Positions 1 through 11,400 of a stretch of 54,745 nucleotides of DNA are shown here, in pieces. This stretch comes from Prorocentrum cordatum (lineage: Eukaryota). Position 1 is the stretch's first letter. Each line of letters starts with the position of its first letter. Position numbers and translations under genes: made by a program. Below the pieces are notes generated by a model, which saw nothing but the letters and a program-made list of their open reading frames with translations, ran no database searches and was not told where the DNA came from. Location of the stretch: assembly GCA_963575745.1 (NCBI GenBank), contig CAUYUJ010000219.1, forward strand, positions 62,001 to 116,745, in the 5' to 3' direction.

Positions 1-69
1 TGATGATGATGATGATGGTGATGATGATGGTGATGATGATGATGATGAGGAGGAGGAGGAAGAGGAGAT

Positions 70-1840
70 CAAGTTCTGGAGGGGGCCGATATGTTGGGCC
101 CCGTTGTATGAGTTGTTGTGCTAGAAGAACGTTCCAGGTTGGCATGAGCATCAGAAGAATTGTTTGAGAGCAATGATTTCGAATGACTTCTGGAGTCAAG
201 AGCGCATCAACTCGCACGCCAAGGAAGCTTCATGGGAATGCCAGCTGTGTCTTGGGGCGCCAGGTACTACTTTCCACCGGCGGTTTGAGTGCCCTGCCCA
301 TGAAGTTTGGCGACGCGAATATCTTGACGACTGGGTTCGCTTAGCCTCATCACGGATTGCTTGTTTATCGTTGGACTACCAGGAGCTGTTCTGCCGTGGT
401 CTCTTTCCTGATCCTGGTCGTTTTGTGTCGGCCTGATCGGATTGGGGAGGATCCCTGCACCCAGCGGATCAACTGGCCAAGGGAGGGCATCTTTCTCCAG
501 GCGGACCAGCATGTGTACACTGACAGCGAAGGTTACGAGATGCTGTGGCCATCCTTGCGTGTTGCAGGGTGGTCGGTTGCAGCGTCAGACTGCAATGGTG
601 AAGTGGTTTCAGCTCTTTATGGAGTGGTGCCTCTTACCGAGGCGCCAGATCAGATTGCAAGAGATGGTGAAGATTCTACTGTATTGATGCTGTCGAGGAA
701 TTCTGCTGCGGCCCACGGGGCTACAGTGCATGTGCATTGTTCTGGTATTCTGGGTTGTTCTCGGTGGCTTGGAGGCTCGTACCTGTCTTGGGCTTCGGAG
801 CAGAGGGTCCACTGGTGGGGCGAGATCGGTGACCGTATGCAGGGAGTCAAGTTTGAGAAAGTGAAATCTCACATGCCCTATTATGCGGTTCGCAAGGAAA
901 GATTTGCCATCGTGACTGGAGAGGAAGCCAGGAGGCGGATCGGCTTGCGAAAGAAGGAGCTCAACAGTTCCGAGCGGATGACGGTGATCTTATGTTGTTG
1001 GAAGGCCTGCACGAGATTGCGAAGCGGGTCGCCAGGTTCGGGAGTTTGCAGCAGGCCGTCTTGTCCGATGTGGAGTACAGAGACCACGTGGGCTTCGAAT
1101 GGATGAGTAAAATTGAACGCGTTCCTCATGATAGGCTTCCTATTCCTGCGTGTTGCGACTGTGAAGCCCCTGTGGAGTCGAACCCCGAAGTCTTGGAGCC
1201 TGATGAGGTCGTCTCGGAGTCTTGAGTGTGGGATGGGCACTCTATTCGGAAGGCGGCGGTTTTTGACGACAGGGTCCAGGTTGACTCGATGATGTGTTGC
1301 GTTAGCTGCGGCAGCAATGTGTCTTGGGAACATCGGGTTCATTCGAAGTCGAGGTGTAAACTCAAAGTGATCTGCAGACCCAAAACGGTTACGGATGGTC
1401 GGAATATGTCCAGGATCGTGAGGGGTCTGCACCCTTTAGCCTCGTCGAGTCTCAAGGTTCAGGAGGCCGGTGGCCTGAAACAGTTCGAGAAAGACTTGTG
1501 GCGGCCCTTCCTTGAGGACTCGGCCGAGTCCCGTAGGTTGAGGCCCAGGCTGCAGCTCGCCCGTCAAATTCGAGGTTTCAAACGAGGAGCGAGGCCCCTG
1601 GGATTGACCTCGTTCGAGGTCTGGCCCTTGTTGGCCTGCCCGAGGAGGAAGCGAGGGCCTTGGGGCGACAGGCCCGCGAGCGGGCCCGCCCTCGTTCGGT
1701 GGAGGAGGATGAGCTCCTCCCTGATGGGCCATGACGGCCCGCGCCCGTTTTGGCGCCGCCCGACGCCCCCCTCGCGTCATGGGTTTTTGTCCTCTCTGCG
1801 CATGCGAATGAGGTAGCACCCTTTCTGCGGTAGAACTAGC
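70..1840 (+). mobile_element. 5'-truncated, frameshifted non-LTR retrotransposon 3' half (post-RT zinc finger, RNase H-like domain, C-terminal Cys motifs)
   Basis: ORF164 has CQLC...TFHRRFECPAH (zf-RVT-like). ORF357 has HVYTDSEG..VAGWSV..ALYGVVP..QIARDGE..KVKSH (RNase H-like). CVSCG lies downstream. The element is flanked by (GAT/GAG)n on both sides. Confidence 0.8.
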
Positions 1841-2115
1841 GAGGAGGAGGAGGAGGAGGAGGAGGAGGAGGAGGAGGAGGACACGACGCGGAGGAGGCCT
1901 CGTCCCTGGCCGATCCCAGGAGGGCTCGGCTCGGGCCCTCGGCTGCCCCCCCCTCGGAGAGAGCGGGGCGAGGGGTCGGCGCTCGCTCGGGCGCGCTGCG
2001 CGCGTCGACCCCGCACAGCTTCGCGGCACGCGGCAGCGCCTCTCGCGGCGGAGTCTGCGGGGGCGCTCTGTGGCGAGGAGGGTCTCTCCTCTTATGAGGA
2101 AGCAACTACTGTTGT

Positions 2116-2296
2116 GTCGGGCGTGTCCCCCTACAGGGGGATCTTCGACGACAAAATTCAAAATACACCAACAATACACCAAAAAGGTCAAACAAACACC
2201 AAACAACTAATCCCCTGATTATTTTTTGACTAGTTTTAGATTATGTGTGGGGTATTTTTTCATCGAAAATCCCCATGTATGGGGGACAGGCCCGAC
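2116..2296. mobile_element. MITE family 'GTCGGGCGTGTCCCCCTACA' copy 1
   Basis: TIRs gtcgggcgtgtccccctaca / tgtatgggggacaggcccgac with an AT-rich interior. Related copies at 34527-34678 and 36736-36891, and a split copy at about 40580-42952. Confidence 0.75.
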
Positions 2297-2780
2297 TTAA
2301 AACTCCTGGGATTTTTTCGTCGGAAAGATTCAAGAAGGATTGAGCCCCATTTGGGAGCTATCTTACGCTGGAGTGGGCCTCGGACCCAGCGGGATGAAGC
2401 CGGATTGAGCGGCATTAGGCGGGAGCAAGCCGGATGAAGCGGGAGTAAGCCGGATTTCGGACCAGGGCGAAAACAGAATTTGACCTCCCAGGAGTTGCTT
2501 CCAAAATCTTAGAGGTCTCCAAGGCTCCGTGCGTCCCTGCCGCGGGGTGGACCCCTTCCCTTCGGACGTCGTTGTCGAAGTCCATGGGCCTGTCTCGGTT
2601 TCTGGTGCGGCCCTAAGCATCCTTCGCACAAGCTGGCGTTCTTGGATTTGCATAGCTTGTACTTTTGCCAGGTTTGTGGCCGCACGGCTACTTCGGATGG
2701 GCGCCAGTTGGTGCCCGTGTGCTTTGCGCCCTCTGGGAAGGGCCTCGAAAATCTTGGCAGAATCCGCTCCCTGCGACGTC

Positions 2781-2930
2781 CGGAAACAAACCGCGTACGG
2801 CCCTGCGTAGCCTGGAAACAAACCGCGTACGGCCCTGCGACGTACGGCCCTGCGTAGCCCGGAAACAAACCGCGTACGGCCCTGCGTAGCCCGGGCTAGC
2901 AGGGCCGTACGGCCGTGCGTAGCCCGGAAG
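2781..2930. repeat. Short tandem repeat (about 32-bp unit GGAAACAAACCGCGTACGGCCCTGCGTAGCC plus partial units)
   Basis: The repeated units are directly visible. Confidence 0.8.
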
Positions 2931-3197
2931 CCTTGGACGTCCAAGGCGAGCTCCCTGCTGCGCCGCGCTCGCATCGCGGCCGTGGCAGATCAGCAGGCGC
3001 GTGCGCGGGTGTGCCGTTTGAAGGCTGAGCGCACTGTGCTTGCTGCTCCCTTCCCTTCCCCCTCCCTTCCCCTCTGCACGACGTTGCTTGCCAAAACGTT
3101 CCAAAACGTTCCTCCTCCTCCTCCTCCTCCTCCTCCTCCGCCTCCTCCTCCTCCTCCTCCTCCTCCTCCTCCTCCTCCTCCTCCTCCCCCTCCTCCT

Positions 3198-3353
3198 CCG
3201 ACGCTCCGGTTTTTGGCCGTCTTCGGCATCCAGGGGCCCTCACTGGGCCTCCGCCGTCAAAACACGGCCCGGGACGAGAAAGCGGCCCTGGGGAAGTGGT
3301 CCGGACCTCCGGGGCCCACGCGTCGAAAACATTGGAGCGGCCGGACGTCTGGG
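3198..3353 (-). mobile_element. CCCAGAC-family MITE, truncated by (CCT)n
   Basis: The reverse complement begins cccagac-N7-cgctccaa tgttt tcgacgcg and shares its core with 24106-24290 and 9145-9330. Confidence 0.7.
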
Positions 3354-3359
3354 GATGGC

Positions 3360-3824
3360 CTTCGAGTGCAGGAAGGCGATTCCCTCCAGGAGCTGTTGCG
3401 TCAGGCGGGCGACCTGGCGCTCCCCGAGCCCGTCCTTGCCACTCTGGGCCGCGCCGTCGAGGCTGCCGCCGTCGCAGAACTCGAGGATAAGGTAGTAGGC
3501 GGTGCTGGTATCCACAAAGCTGAGCAGCCGTACGAAGCGGTCCTCGGACGCGCACTCGCGCATGAGCCCCACCTCGCTCGCGATCATGCTCACGGGCACC
3601 TTGAGGTCCCGCATCCTCCGCTTGTCCAGGGCCTTCACGGCCACCGCACCGCCGCCGGCCTTGAGCCTGCCGCGGTACACGGTGCCGAAGGAGCCCTTGC
3701 CCAGGGGCTTGCGGCCGCGCTCGATCTCGCAGACGTCCTCCAGGCGGCCCCCACGCGCCGCCAGGCGGCGCAGTTCCGCGGGCGCGGCCTCGCCCGGGGC
3801 GACGAGGGCCTGGCCCTGCCCCAT
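3360..3824 (-). CDS. Ser/Thr protein kinase, first coding exon (subdomains I-VIa); the remainder is disrupted or outside the window
   Basis: MGQGQAL...LGKGSFGTVY (Gly loop), VAVKAL (VAIK Lys), SEVGLM (alphaC Glu), YYLILEFCDGGSL (hinge), QLLEGIAFLHSK. Possible AAG|GC donor at 3360/3359. The MG start is compatible with myristoylation. Confidence 0.9.
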
Positions 3825-3937
3825 CGGCCCTGCCCGGTGCTGCCCTACCGGCGCGCCATGGCAGGGGCCCCGCGGGCGGGCGGGGCCGCCGAGGGGCGCG
3901 CGGAGCGCCTGGCCGCCCCGCCCTTTGGGCCCCCGGG

Positions 3938-3959
3938 CTTGAGCCAAAATGGCTACGGA
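3938..3959 (-). other. Perfect genomic copy of the dinoflagellate spliced leader (DinoSL)
   Basis: The minus strand reads TCCGTAGCCATTTTGGCTCAAG, which matches DCCGTAGCCATTTTGGCTCAAG, 113 nt upstream of the kinase ATG. Confidence 0.95.
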
Positions 3960-4586
3960 TAAGAGAAGAGCACCATGGGCGCTTCGGGCCTCTCGGTTCG
4001 CTGGTGCGTGGAAGGCGTCGGCGAGCCACGCCCGCTCACATGCCAACGTAGGATAAATGGCTACGGAGGAGGAGGAGGAGGAGGAGGAGGAGGAGGCAAG
4101 AGATTGGGGGAGGGTGTGGAGGTCCAAGTATAAGTGACCCTCTGGGAGGGCACGGGCCGGGCCACCTTGCACAGGACCTTCGGTGAGGGCGCTCGAGCAA
4201 TAGATGGGCATCGGCACACTGGCCCTGGAGCTTTAACCTGTTAGAATACAGTCAGAAATATGATTACGAAAAGTATTAGTTAAGCAAGCTGGGCCAACTT
4301 TTCGGGGGGAGGTTTCTTAATCATAAGCGGGACCGTATCAGGGCAACCCCACAGGCAGCCAGCCCGCCGCCTAACCTCATCGGCATTCGGCGCAACAGCG
4401 CGCCATGTCGCAGCAGGATCTGGGAGAAGCTTGAGGTGAGGCGGTGTTGAGAAACCTTGACGATGTGCGCTCATCTATGCCCTTGCGGGCTTCTCCACTT
4501 TCCCGCCTGGGTCCCCGTCTAGAGCCCTGCTGAGCACGCACTGCTCGCATCAGCATGCTGTGCTCATGCATGCTCTCCCTTTTTTT

Positions 4587-5583
4587 ACAAACCATCCTGT
4601 GGTACTCGGTCCTCGTTCTGAAGAGACAGTGCCCCGCGTCTCCTCTCCTCTACGTACTCTCCCCTCCCCACCCCTCCTCTCCTCGCCTCTCCTCTCTCCT
4701 CTCCTCTCCTCTCCTCTCCTCTCCTCTCCTCTCCTCTCCCTCTCCTCCCATCCCTGCCGCTGCCCTCCACATGTCGACAATTTCGGCACACACATCTCAC
4801 AAGCTTCGAGGCCCCAAAGGGAGCTCCACCGAAGGCACCAGTGGCGCAGCCCACATACGCTCCAGCCACTCATTTCGGCACACCCCTCACACGTTTCGTG
4901 ACCCGAGCTCCACCGAAGGCCCCAGTGGCGCAGCCCGCATGCGTCCTAGCCACCCGTTTCGGCACATGTTTCGTGGCCCCATCGTGAGCTCCACCAAAGG
5001 CCCCAAACGCGCATCCCGCATGCGTCCAAGCCGCCCATTCCGGCACACTCCTCACACGCTTCGTGGGGAATATCCACCAAAGAACCCAGTGGCGCAGCCG
5101 GCAAGCATCCCAACCACTCATGTCGGTACACCCCTCACACGCTTCGCGGCCCCGTAAGGAGCTCCACCGAAGGCTCCAGTGGCGTTGCCCGCATGCGCCC
5201 AGGCCACTCATTGCGGCGCACCCCTCACACGCTCCGTGGCCCCATAGAGAGCTCCACCGAAGGCTCAACTTGCGCAGCCCGCATGCGTCCCAGCCACCAG
5301 TTTCGGCACACCCCTCACACGCTTCGTGGCCCAATAAAGAGCTGAAGGTCGGCCCGCATGCGTCCCTGCCGCCTACTTCGTCAGACACCCCTCGCACGCT
5401 TCGTGGCCCCACAGGGGCTGCGGCCCCGGAGGCAGCGCCCGCATGGCGGGCCCGCCCTAGTTCGGCACACACCCTTCCTTCACGCACTCCGTGGCCCCAG
5501 AAGGAGATCCACCGAAGGCGATACTCCTAACGACGGCACGCACAACCGCATGTGGTTGGGTCTCTCGCAAGGCCAACTTTCAG
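4587..5583 (+). mobile_element. Satellite-carrying element copy 1 (leader + (CTCTC)n + about 8 diverged 90-bp units + tail)
   Basis: The leader aaccatcctgtggtactcggtcctcgttctg and the tail cgcacaaccgcatgtggttgggtctctcgcaagg match the ends of 40617-42911. Units contain gagctccaccgaaggc..cagtggcgcagcccgcatgcgtc. Confidence 0.75.
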
Positions 5584-5710
5584 CACGCGCGTTCAGACAA
5601 GGCGGCTCTCGCAGGCCTACGCTGGTGCAACGAAAAGGAGGCAAGAGGGCTCACGAGCCAGGCCCCACTGGCGAAAGCGGCGCGAACGACGCGGGCTCGG
5701 GGCCGCCGCC

Positions 5711-5827
5711 TCACTCCAGAGCGGCCTTGGCACCGGCCTCCTCCAGCTGCTTCAGCGCCTCCTCGCAGATGTCCTTCGGCTTCGCCTCCAGCAGCTTCCC
5801 TGGGCTGTCCACCATCCCCTTGGCTTC
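5711..5827 (-). CDS. rpl12: Plastid ribosomal protein L12 (bL12c), exon 3
   Basis: EAKGMVDSPGKLLEAKPKDICEEALKQLEEAGAKAALE-stop, a typical L7/L12 C-terminus. Acceptor gtgag| at 5828. Confidence 0.93.
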   Translation of the reverse strand, partial: EAKGMVDSPGKLLEAKPKDICEEALKQLEEAGAKAALE

Positions 5828-6025
5828 CTCACGAGCGGCGAACATGTCCGCATCCGCGCCCTCACGGTCTGGATTCCAGGGCGCAATCCCGCGGACACGC
5901 GGTCGTACGGATACGTTCCGCGCGCGGCATCCGCGAAAGCACGCCCCATATCAGTGGGGTCGTGGCCCAGGGGCCCGGCCCGCGAGGCTGCGGGCACGGA
6001 TGGTCTGCTCTCCGCCCACGACGTC

Positions 6026-6292
6026 CTTCAGGCCGAGCCCCGTGATCGAGCGGACCACCTTCAGGATGGCGATCTTCTTGTCCTTCGGCACCTCCTTCAG
6101 GACGAGGTCAAACTCGGTCTTCTCCGCGGGCTTCTCGTCCGCGGCCCCGTCGCCGCCCGCGGCCGGCGCCGCCATCATCACCGCACCGCCCGAGGCCGAC
6201 GCGTCCACGTCGAACGTGTCCTCGATGGCCTTCACGAGCTCCGACGCCTCCAGCAGGGTGAGCTCCTTCAGCGACTCGACGATCTTGTCCAC
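6026..6292 (-). CDS. rpl12: Plastid ribosomal protein L12, exon 2
   Basis: [62 protein letters not shown]. Acceptor ctccag|, donor AAG|GA. Joins in frame with exon 3 to give GLGLKEAK. Confidence 0.96.
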
Positions 6293-6328
6293 CTGGAGGG
6301 GGCAACCCAAAAGACCGACATGCCGCTG

Positions 6329-6549
6329 CACTCCAAATCCCTCATTCATCGTCCCCCGGGTCCGGCTTATCAAGGTGCCTTTTGTTGTAACTGGGGGGTC
6401 CAGTGAATTAGGGTGCTTTCTTTAGATTGGAGCTCAGGGGGTCCGGTTTATGAAGGCGCCCGGTCGAAGAGAGGGTCCGGAATATTAGGTCGCATTTGGA
6501 GGGTGGTCCGGTTTTTTAGGGGGGGTGGATTAATAAGGGATTTGGAATA
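6329..6549. mobile_element. CACTCC-terminal MITE in rpl12 intron 1
   Basis: TIRs cactccaaatccctcattcatc / gattaataagggatttggaata. A near-identical-length homolog lies at 51825-52046. Confidence 0.8.
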
Positions 6550-7265
6550 CTCCCTGGATCCCTCCAGGGATGCGCTCGACCAGACCTTCGAGGAGAGTCC
6601 GGCTGTGGCGCCGAGGGCTCTCCAGGATGAGCAGGGTCATCGGTACGGTCGGGGACTGTTGACTAGCGTGTCGCCACGGCGGTCCTGGCGACATGCCATC
6701 CCCTTCGAGCGGATAGCGTGTTGCTCCGCTCCGCGGGGTGGGAGGCTCGGGAAAGCTCGAGACTTTTACGCCTCGTGGCCGCGAAGTGAACAGCGTGCCG
6801 CACCGAAGCGTGGAAGGCCAGGATCGGCGGAGCGACACGCTATCCAGAAGTTCCCGCTCACATCTTTTCCTCCTCAAGAGTCCACCTGTGGGGCGGGGAT
6901 GTATCAATCTCCACTGCCTGGGAGCCGACGTCCTGGTGCCCCAGCGGGCGGTGAATCTGGATATGTATTTTGGCCGCCAGAAGAACCGACCCTGTCCGTA
7001 TCCACCGCCTGTGAAGGTCCGCGAAGGTCGACCCCCCAGGCGGCGGCTTGATCTCGAGACTGCGAGCAGCTAGAGAGGTTCCATGTGTACCAATAACTCC
7101 AGTAGCATCGGAAGCATTAGTCTAGAGGCTCAAGAAGCCTGACATCGGTCTGCTCCTCGAGCTATGGCCGAACCACTGCTCACACCAGAAAACATGGATT
7201 CTATATTCTACCCGCCCGTGCAAAAAGCAACTGGTGCTTTTCTACACACCTCCCCCACCCCCACC

Positions 7266-7345
7266 CCCCCAATTTCAGTGTTCAATGCGGTGCCGACTCT
7301 TTTTTCGAACTTCGCCGGTCGCGCGATCAACACTGAAATTGGGGG
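7266..7345. repeat. 80-bp inverted-repeat mini-element
   Basis: cccccaatttcagtgtt ... aacactgaaattggggg form perfect 17-bp arms. A tandem duplication of about 55 bp follows (about 7370-7480). Confidence 0.7.
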
Positions 7346-7507
7346 CCGGGGGGCTCACCAAACACCAGGCTCTTCGCACGGGGGTTCTGGTTTTGAGGTC
7401 GAGCAGGCTGGCAGAACGAGCTGCTTCTCGCACGGGGGGTGTGGTTTTGAGGTCGAGCAGGTCGGCAGCACGAGCTGCGAAACACACGGGCCCCTCACCC
7501 GGACCAC

Positions 7508-7699
7508 CTTTTCGGACTGCCTCGCGATCAGATGGGCGCGGGGCGGCGCGCGGCGCGTGAGCTGCGCGCCCGCGAACGCCCCCGCCGGGGCCGCCGCCGC
7601 GAGGCGGCCGGCGGGGGGGGCCCAGAGGCGCACGGCGAGCGCCAGCGCGGCGGCGGCCAGGGCCAGCACCAGCCGCGAGCTGCCGCTGCGGCGCGCCAT
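7508..7699 (-). CDS. rpl12: Plastid ribosomal protein L12, exon 1 (signal peptide + transit peptide)
   Basis: MARRSGSSRLVLALAAAALALAVRLWAPPAGRLAAAAPAGAFAGAQLTRRAPPRAHLIARQSEK. AAG|GT donor, phase 0, giving QSEK-VDKIVE. Confidence 0.88.
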
Positions 7700-7722
7700 G
7701 GTCGGCGTCTGCCCCCACCTGC

Positions 7723-7746
7723 CTCGGGCGCCAGCACGGCTGCGGA
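7723..7746 (-). other. Degenerate DinoSL relic upstream of rpl12
   Basis: tccgcagccgtgctggcgcccgag versus tccgtagccattttggctcaag (about 14/21 matches), about 24 nt before the ATG. Confidence 0.55.
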
Positions 7747-7999
7747 GGGCTCCGCGGAGGGAGGCGAGGGGAGCGAGGGAGGGAGCGAGGGAGGAGGGCG
7801 CGCCCTGGATGGCGTCGGGGGGCCCTCCTTCAGCGCCGTGAGGGCTTCGGGGGGGGGGGGGGCCGCGGGCAGGAGGGGGCGCAGGAGGAAGAGAAGGAGC
7901 AGCGGAACAGGGGAGGACATGGGAGGAGGCTTCCAGCGGCTGCCGAGGGGTCTCGGAGGCCCTACAAATGGTCCGTGGGGGATCCTTGGAGGGGACCAC

Positions 8000-8087
8000 C
8001 TCTTCATCTTCCTCCTCCTACTCCTCTTCAACCTCCTCTTCTTCCTCCTCCTCCTCCTCTTTATGCTTCTCCTCCTCCTCCTCCAAC

Positions 8088-8119
<32 letters not shown>

Positions 8120-8290
8120 TTCCTCCTCTTCCTCCTCCTCATCATCAGCATCATCATCAACAACATCATCACCATCACCGTCGCCATCATCATAATTATC
8201 ATCAGCAGCATCATCCGCATCAGCCATCATCATCAGCATCATCATCAGCATCATCATCATCAGCATCCGCATCAGCAGCATCATCATCAT

Positions 8291-8382
<92 letters not shown>

Positions 8383-8460
8383 GAATCAGCATCATCGTCA
8401 TCATCAGCATCATCATGATATTCCTCCTCCTCCTCCTCCTCCTCTTCAACCTCCTCCAGT
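8000..8460. repeat. Compound (CCT)n/(CAT)n microsatellite
   Basis: Directly visible. Confidence 0.95.
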
Positions 8461-8499
8461 TCCTCCCAATCCTTTTCCTCCGCAACTGCTGTGGCTCAA

Positions 8500-11400
8500 G
8501 ATGCATGTTTGCCATGGAAAAAATTGAATACCGCCAGTGTGCGAACAAGATTCGACTGCTTCGGTGAGATCCTGGAGGAATAGGCGGGAGCGGCATGTCG
8601 GGTCGGGGAGCTGGGCCGCCCAGCTGGCGCTGCTCCTGCTGCAGCTACAGGAGCCTGGGCTTCCGTGGCCAGTGCAGTCAAGCTGGCTGCACGGGCTACC
8701 GCACCAGCGCACGCGTCCCCCAGGCCAAGGCCAAGGCCAAAGCTGGCGGTGCGTCTGCAGGTGGTCCTGGCGATGCCGGCAGTCCTCCTCTGGCGGCCAA
8801 GGAGGCGGACGTGGAGGTGCAGGACGGGGTGCGCTTAAGGCAGTGGCACTCTCGGACGCTGCGCGAGCCATGTACATGCAGACGTCGGGTGAGCAATTCG
8901 ACGAGTTGTCCAGGCCTCTCGCGTGGACCGACAAGCAAGGCCTCGTCCGCACTCGGTTTCTATCACGCCAACTGCTTGGTGAGCTCAGCACCGTCAAGTC
9001 GGTCAAGTCGGCGCGGGTGGCGGCGGACGAGGCGCGGCGACGTCTCCACCGAACAGAGGGCTACGAGAAGAAGCAACAGCCAGCCTGCTCAGGAGGCACT
9101 CCTTGCAGCCTCCGAGCAGGAGCAGCTCGTGGAGGAGCTCCAAACCCAGACCCCCAACGTCATGATTCCTTCATTACGTCGACCCGCCGAGATCTCGACC
9201 TATTCCCCGGGACCGGTTTTTCATCCCGAGTAGTCTTTTGACGGCCCCGAGGCCCGGTAAGGGCCCCCAGAGGCCGAAGATGGCGAAACACTTCCCGTCA
9301 TGATCTTTTCATGACTCGAGGGGGTGTGGGAATCGAGCCCGGCCTGGCGGTGGAGAAGGCCAATGGGGGAAGGGGAGGCTGGAAGCTCTGACGAGGGCGA
9401 CGCCGCTCCGCCCATCGCCCGCCGCCGCTCGGCTCAGGTGCACCGGGGCACGGCGAAGAAGCCGGCCGCGGAGTGGGCCAGCGGCGTCGGCGTGGGCGAG
9501 CTCGCAGCGCCCCGTGCAGCGAGCGGCTGCTCCGGGAGTTCTCCGCGCGGACCTCCGCGGGCGCGGCGGCCGCGGCCGCGGCCAAGCGGCAGCCACTGGC
9601 TGCCTCCTGCCGCGGTGGCTCCCGGAGGAGGCGCAGCCGCCGAGCCCGACGCTGGCGGAGCGAGCCGGAGCTGCGGACCCCACCGAGGGCATCTCCATGG
9701 GGGCCTGCTTCGCGGACAGCTCCCGGGAGACGGCGGTCGACGGCCTCGGTGGTGGCGGTCAGAAGATGCGCGAGTGGCTCGAGGAGTCCACGGAGCACTG
9801 CAGGGAGGCGGACCGCGCGAAGGAGGCGCGGTCGGGGCAACCGGGCGCAGACGCGGCCGCTCGCCATTCTGAGTTTCAACGCTCCACCTGGACAAGTGTG
9901 TGGGCTCGTAGTTGACAAACTGTGCTGTCGTTCCAGGAGGACTAGGCTTTCCCGGAAGCGCAGGGCGGATGAGGAGGCTGAGCTGCGACGACGTGGCTGG
10001 CGAGCTTGCAGTGCAGAGGCAGAGCCTTCGCAGGCTGGGGGGCTTACGTCATATAAACTGCTGCCGTCTGTTCGTGGGCAGGACGGGTTGGCTACCATGT
10101 CGGCCCGAAGACTGCCGTACTTTGCCAAGGGCGTGTGCAGCTACATCATCATCCAGGGGTGACTCGAGGTGGACTCGTTGTTGTGAATTAGCACATAGGA
10201 TCTGGAGTGAGAACGAAGTCATGCAATGTTTATGCTCTCAGTGAGCTGGCGGGTCGACTGCGTGGATATGGGCTGCCATACGTGGTCGGCGGTGGCATCA
10301 ACGTTAACGAAGGCTGCGCTGGAGCAAGAGTGGCGTGCTGCGCTAGTTCGACGCGGTGGTGGCCAGCACCTTGTATGGCGACGTGCGCGCAGTCCCAGCG
10401 CTCTATCAACCTGTTCATGGTGCCAGGAGGCTTGCGTGTGGTAGCCGTGCAAGAGGGCTGCATGCTCTCCCGTCTTCCCGCACAGACCAGTGGTGCTGAC
10501 CGTCGAGGCCAGCAAAAAGCACCCTCGTATCCGCGTCATGGACGTGCCTCGGCCCTTCCTAGTGGAGAGGCCTGTGGGGTGCTGGCCGTCGGACCGTGCC
10601 TGTTGGCTGGTGGCGTGCGGCCGAAGACGCTGGCCGTTGACTTGGTGCTCAGCGTCCCGATGCTGCGGAGACTGGTGGTGCTGAGCCTTCGGTCTGAGAT
10701 GGGCCGGAACAGAAGGGCCCACATGCTGCATTGTTTTCCTTCGCGGGGTCGACTGCTACTGGGGCACCGACCGTGGTGGAAGCTGGGGCGGCTGCTGGTG
10801 CCAGCAGCATACGAAGCAAGCTCACGCGCGCGGTGCGGTGCTTCATCGGCCAGGCTGAGCGGGAGCGGGCGGACATCTACCACGTGGATGACGAGGCCAA
10901 GAACACTGGCCGTGGCGGTGCTGCGCAGCCTCAATGAGTCCAACGGCTACCTGTTCGCGCTGCTCGTTGGCCTCGTGCGCCCACGGAGGCGACCTGGTTA
11001 TTCCGCGCAGCGGCCTGCGTCGAGGACGTCGCCGACGTCGGCCAGGTGCAGCGGCGCCTGTACGCAATGCCAGGTCTGCGCAGCCTGCTCGGGAGAGCGC
11101 CGCAGCTCGTGGAGGTGGTGTCTGGCGGGAACGCGAGGTCGCCCTGCCCCGAGTCTGTCTCAGCTGCGAGCCGCCGGCGGCTGCTACTCAGCCATGCGCG
11201 TGCTGAACGCGTGGATCCTGAACGACGGGCTGCGCTGGGGCGCAACTGCCACGATGATGCCGTGAAGCTCTCCGACAGTGACCATGGCCGCAAGCGAGAC
11301 TCGCTTCAAGGAGCGGATCGAGCAGCAAGCAGCCAGTGGAGGCGGAGGGCTGCATGCATTGTCCAAGGTGCCCGTCGGCTTCGTGGATAGCTCCTACGCG

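Noticed and set aside
5951..6373. Bacterial-type rplL as a single ORF, suggesting contamination or HGT
   Set aside because: It is exon 2 of a spliced nuclear gene with a plastid-targeting presequence, and no operon neighbours (rplJ, rpoB) are present.
7528..8596. Poly-His/Met/Arg/Glu ORFs here, and similar homopolymer ORFs at 12.8-13.6, 17, 23.8, 27, 32-33, 37-38 and 52-54 kb
   Set aside because: They are translations of trinucleotide or dinucleotide microsatellites.
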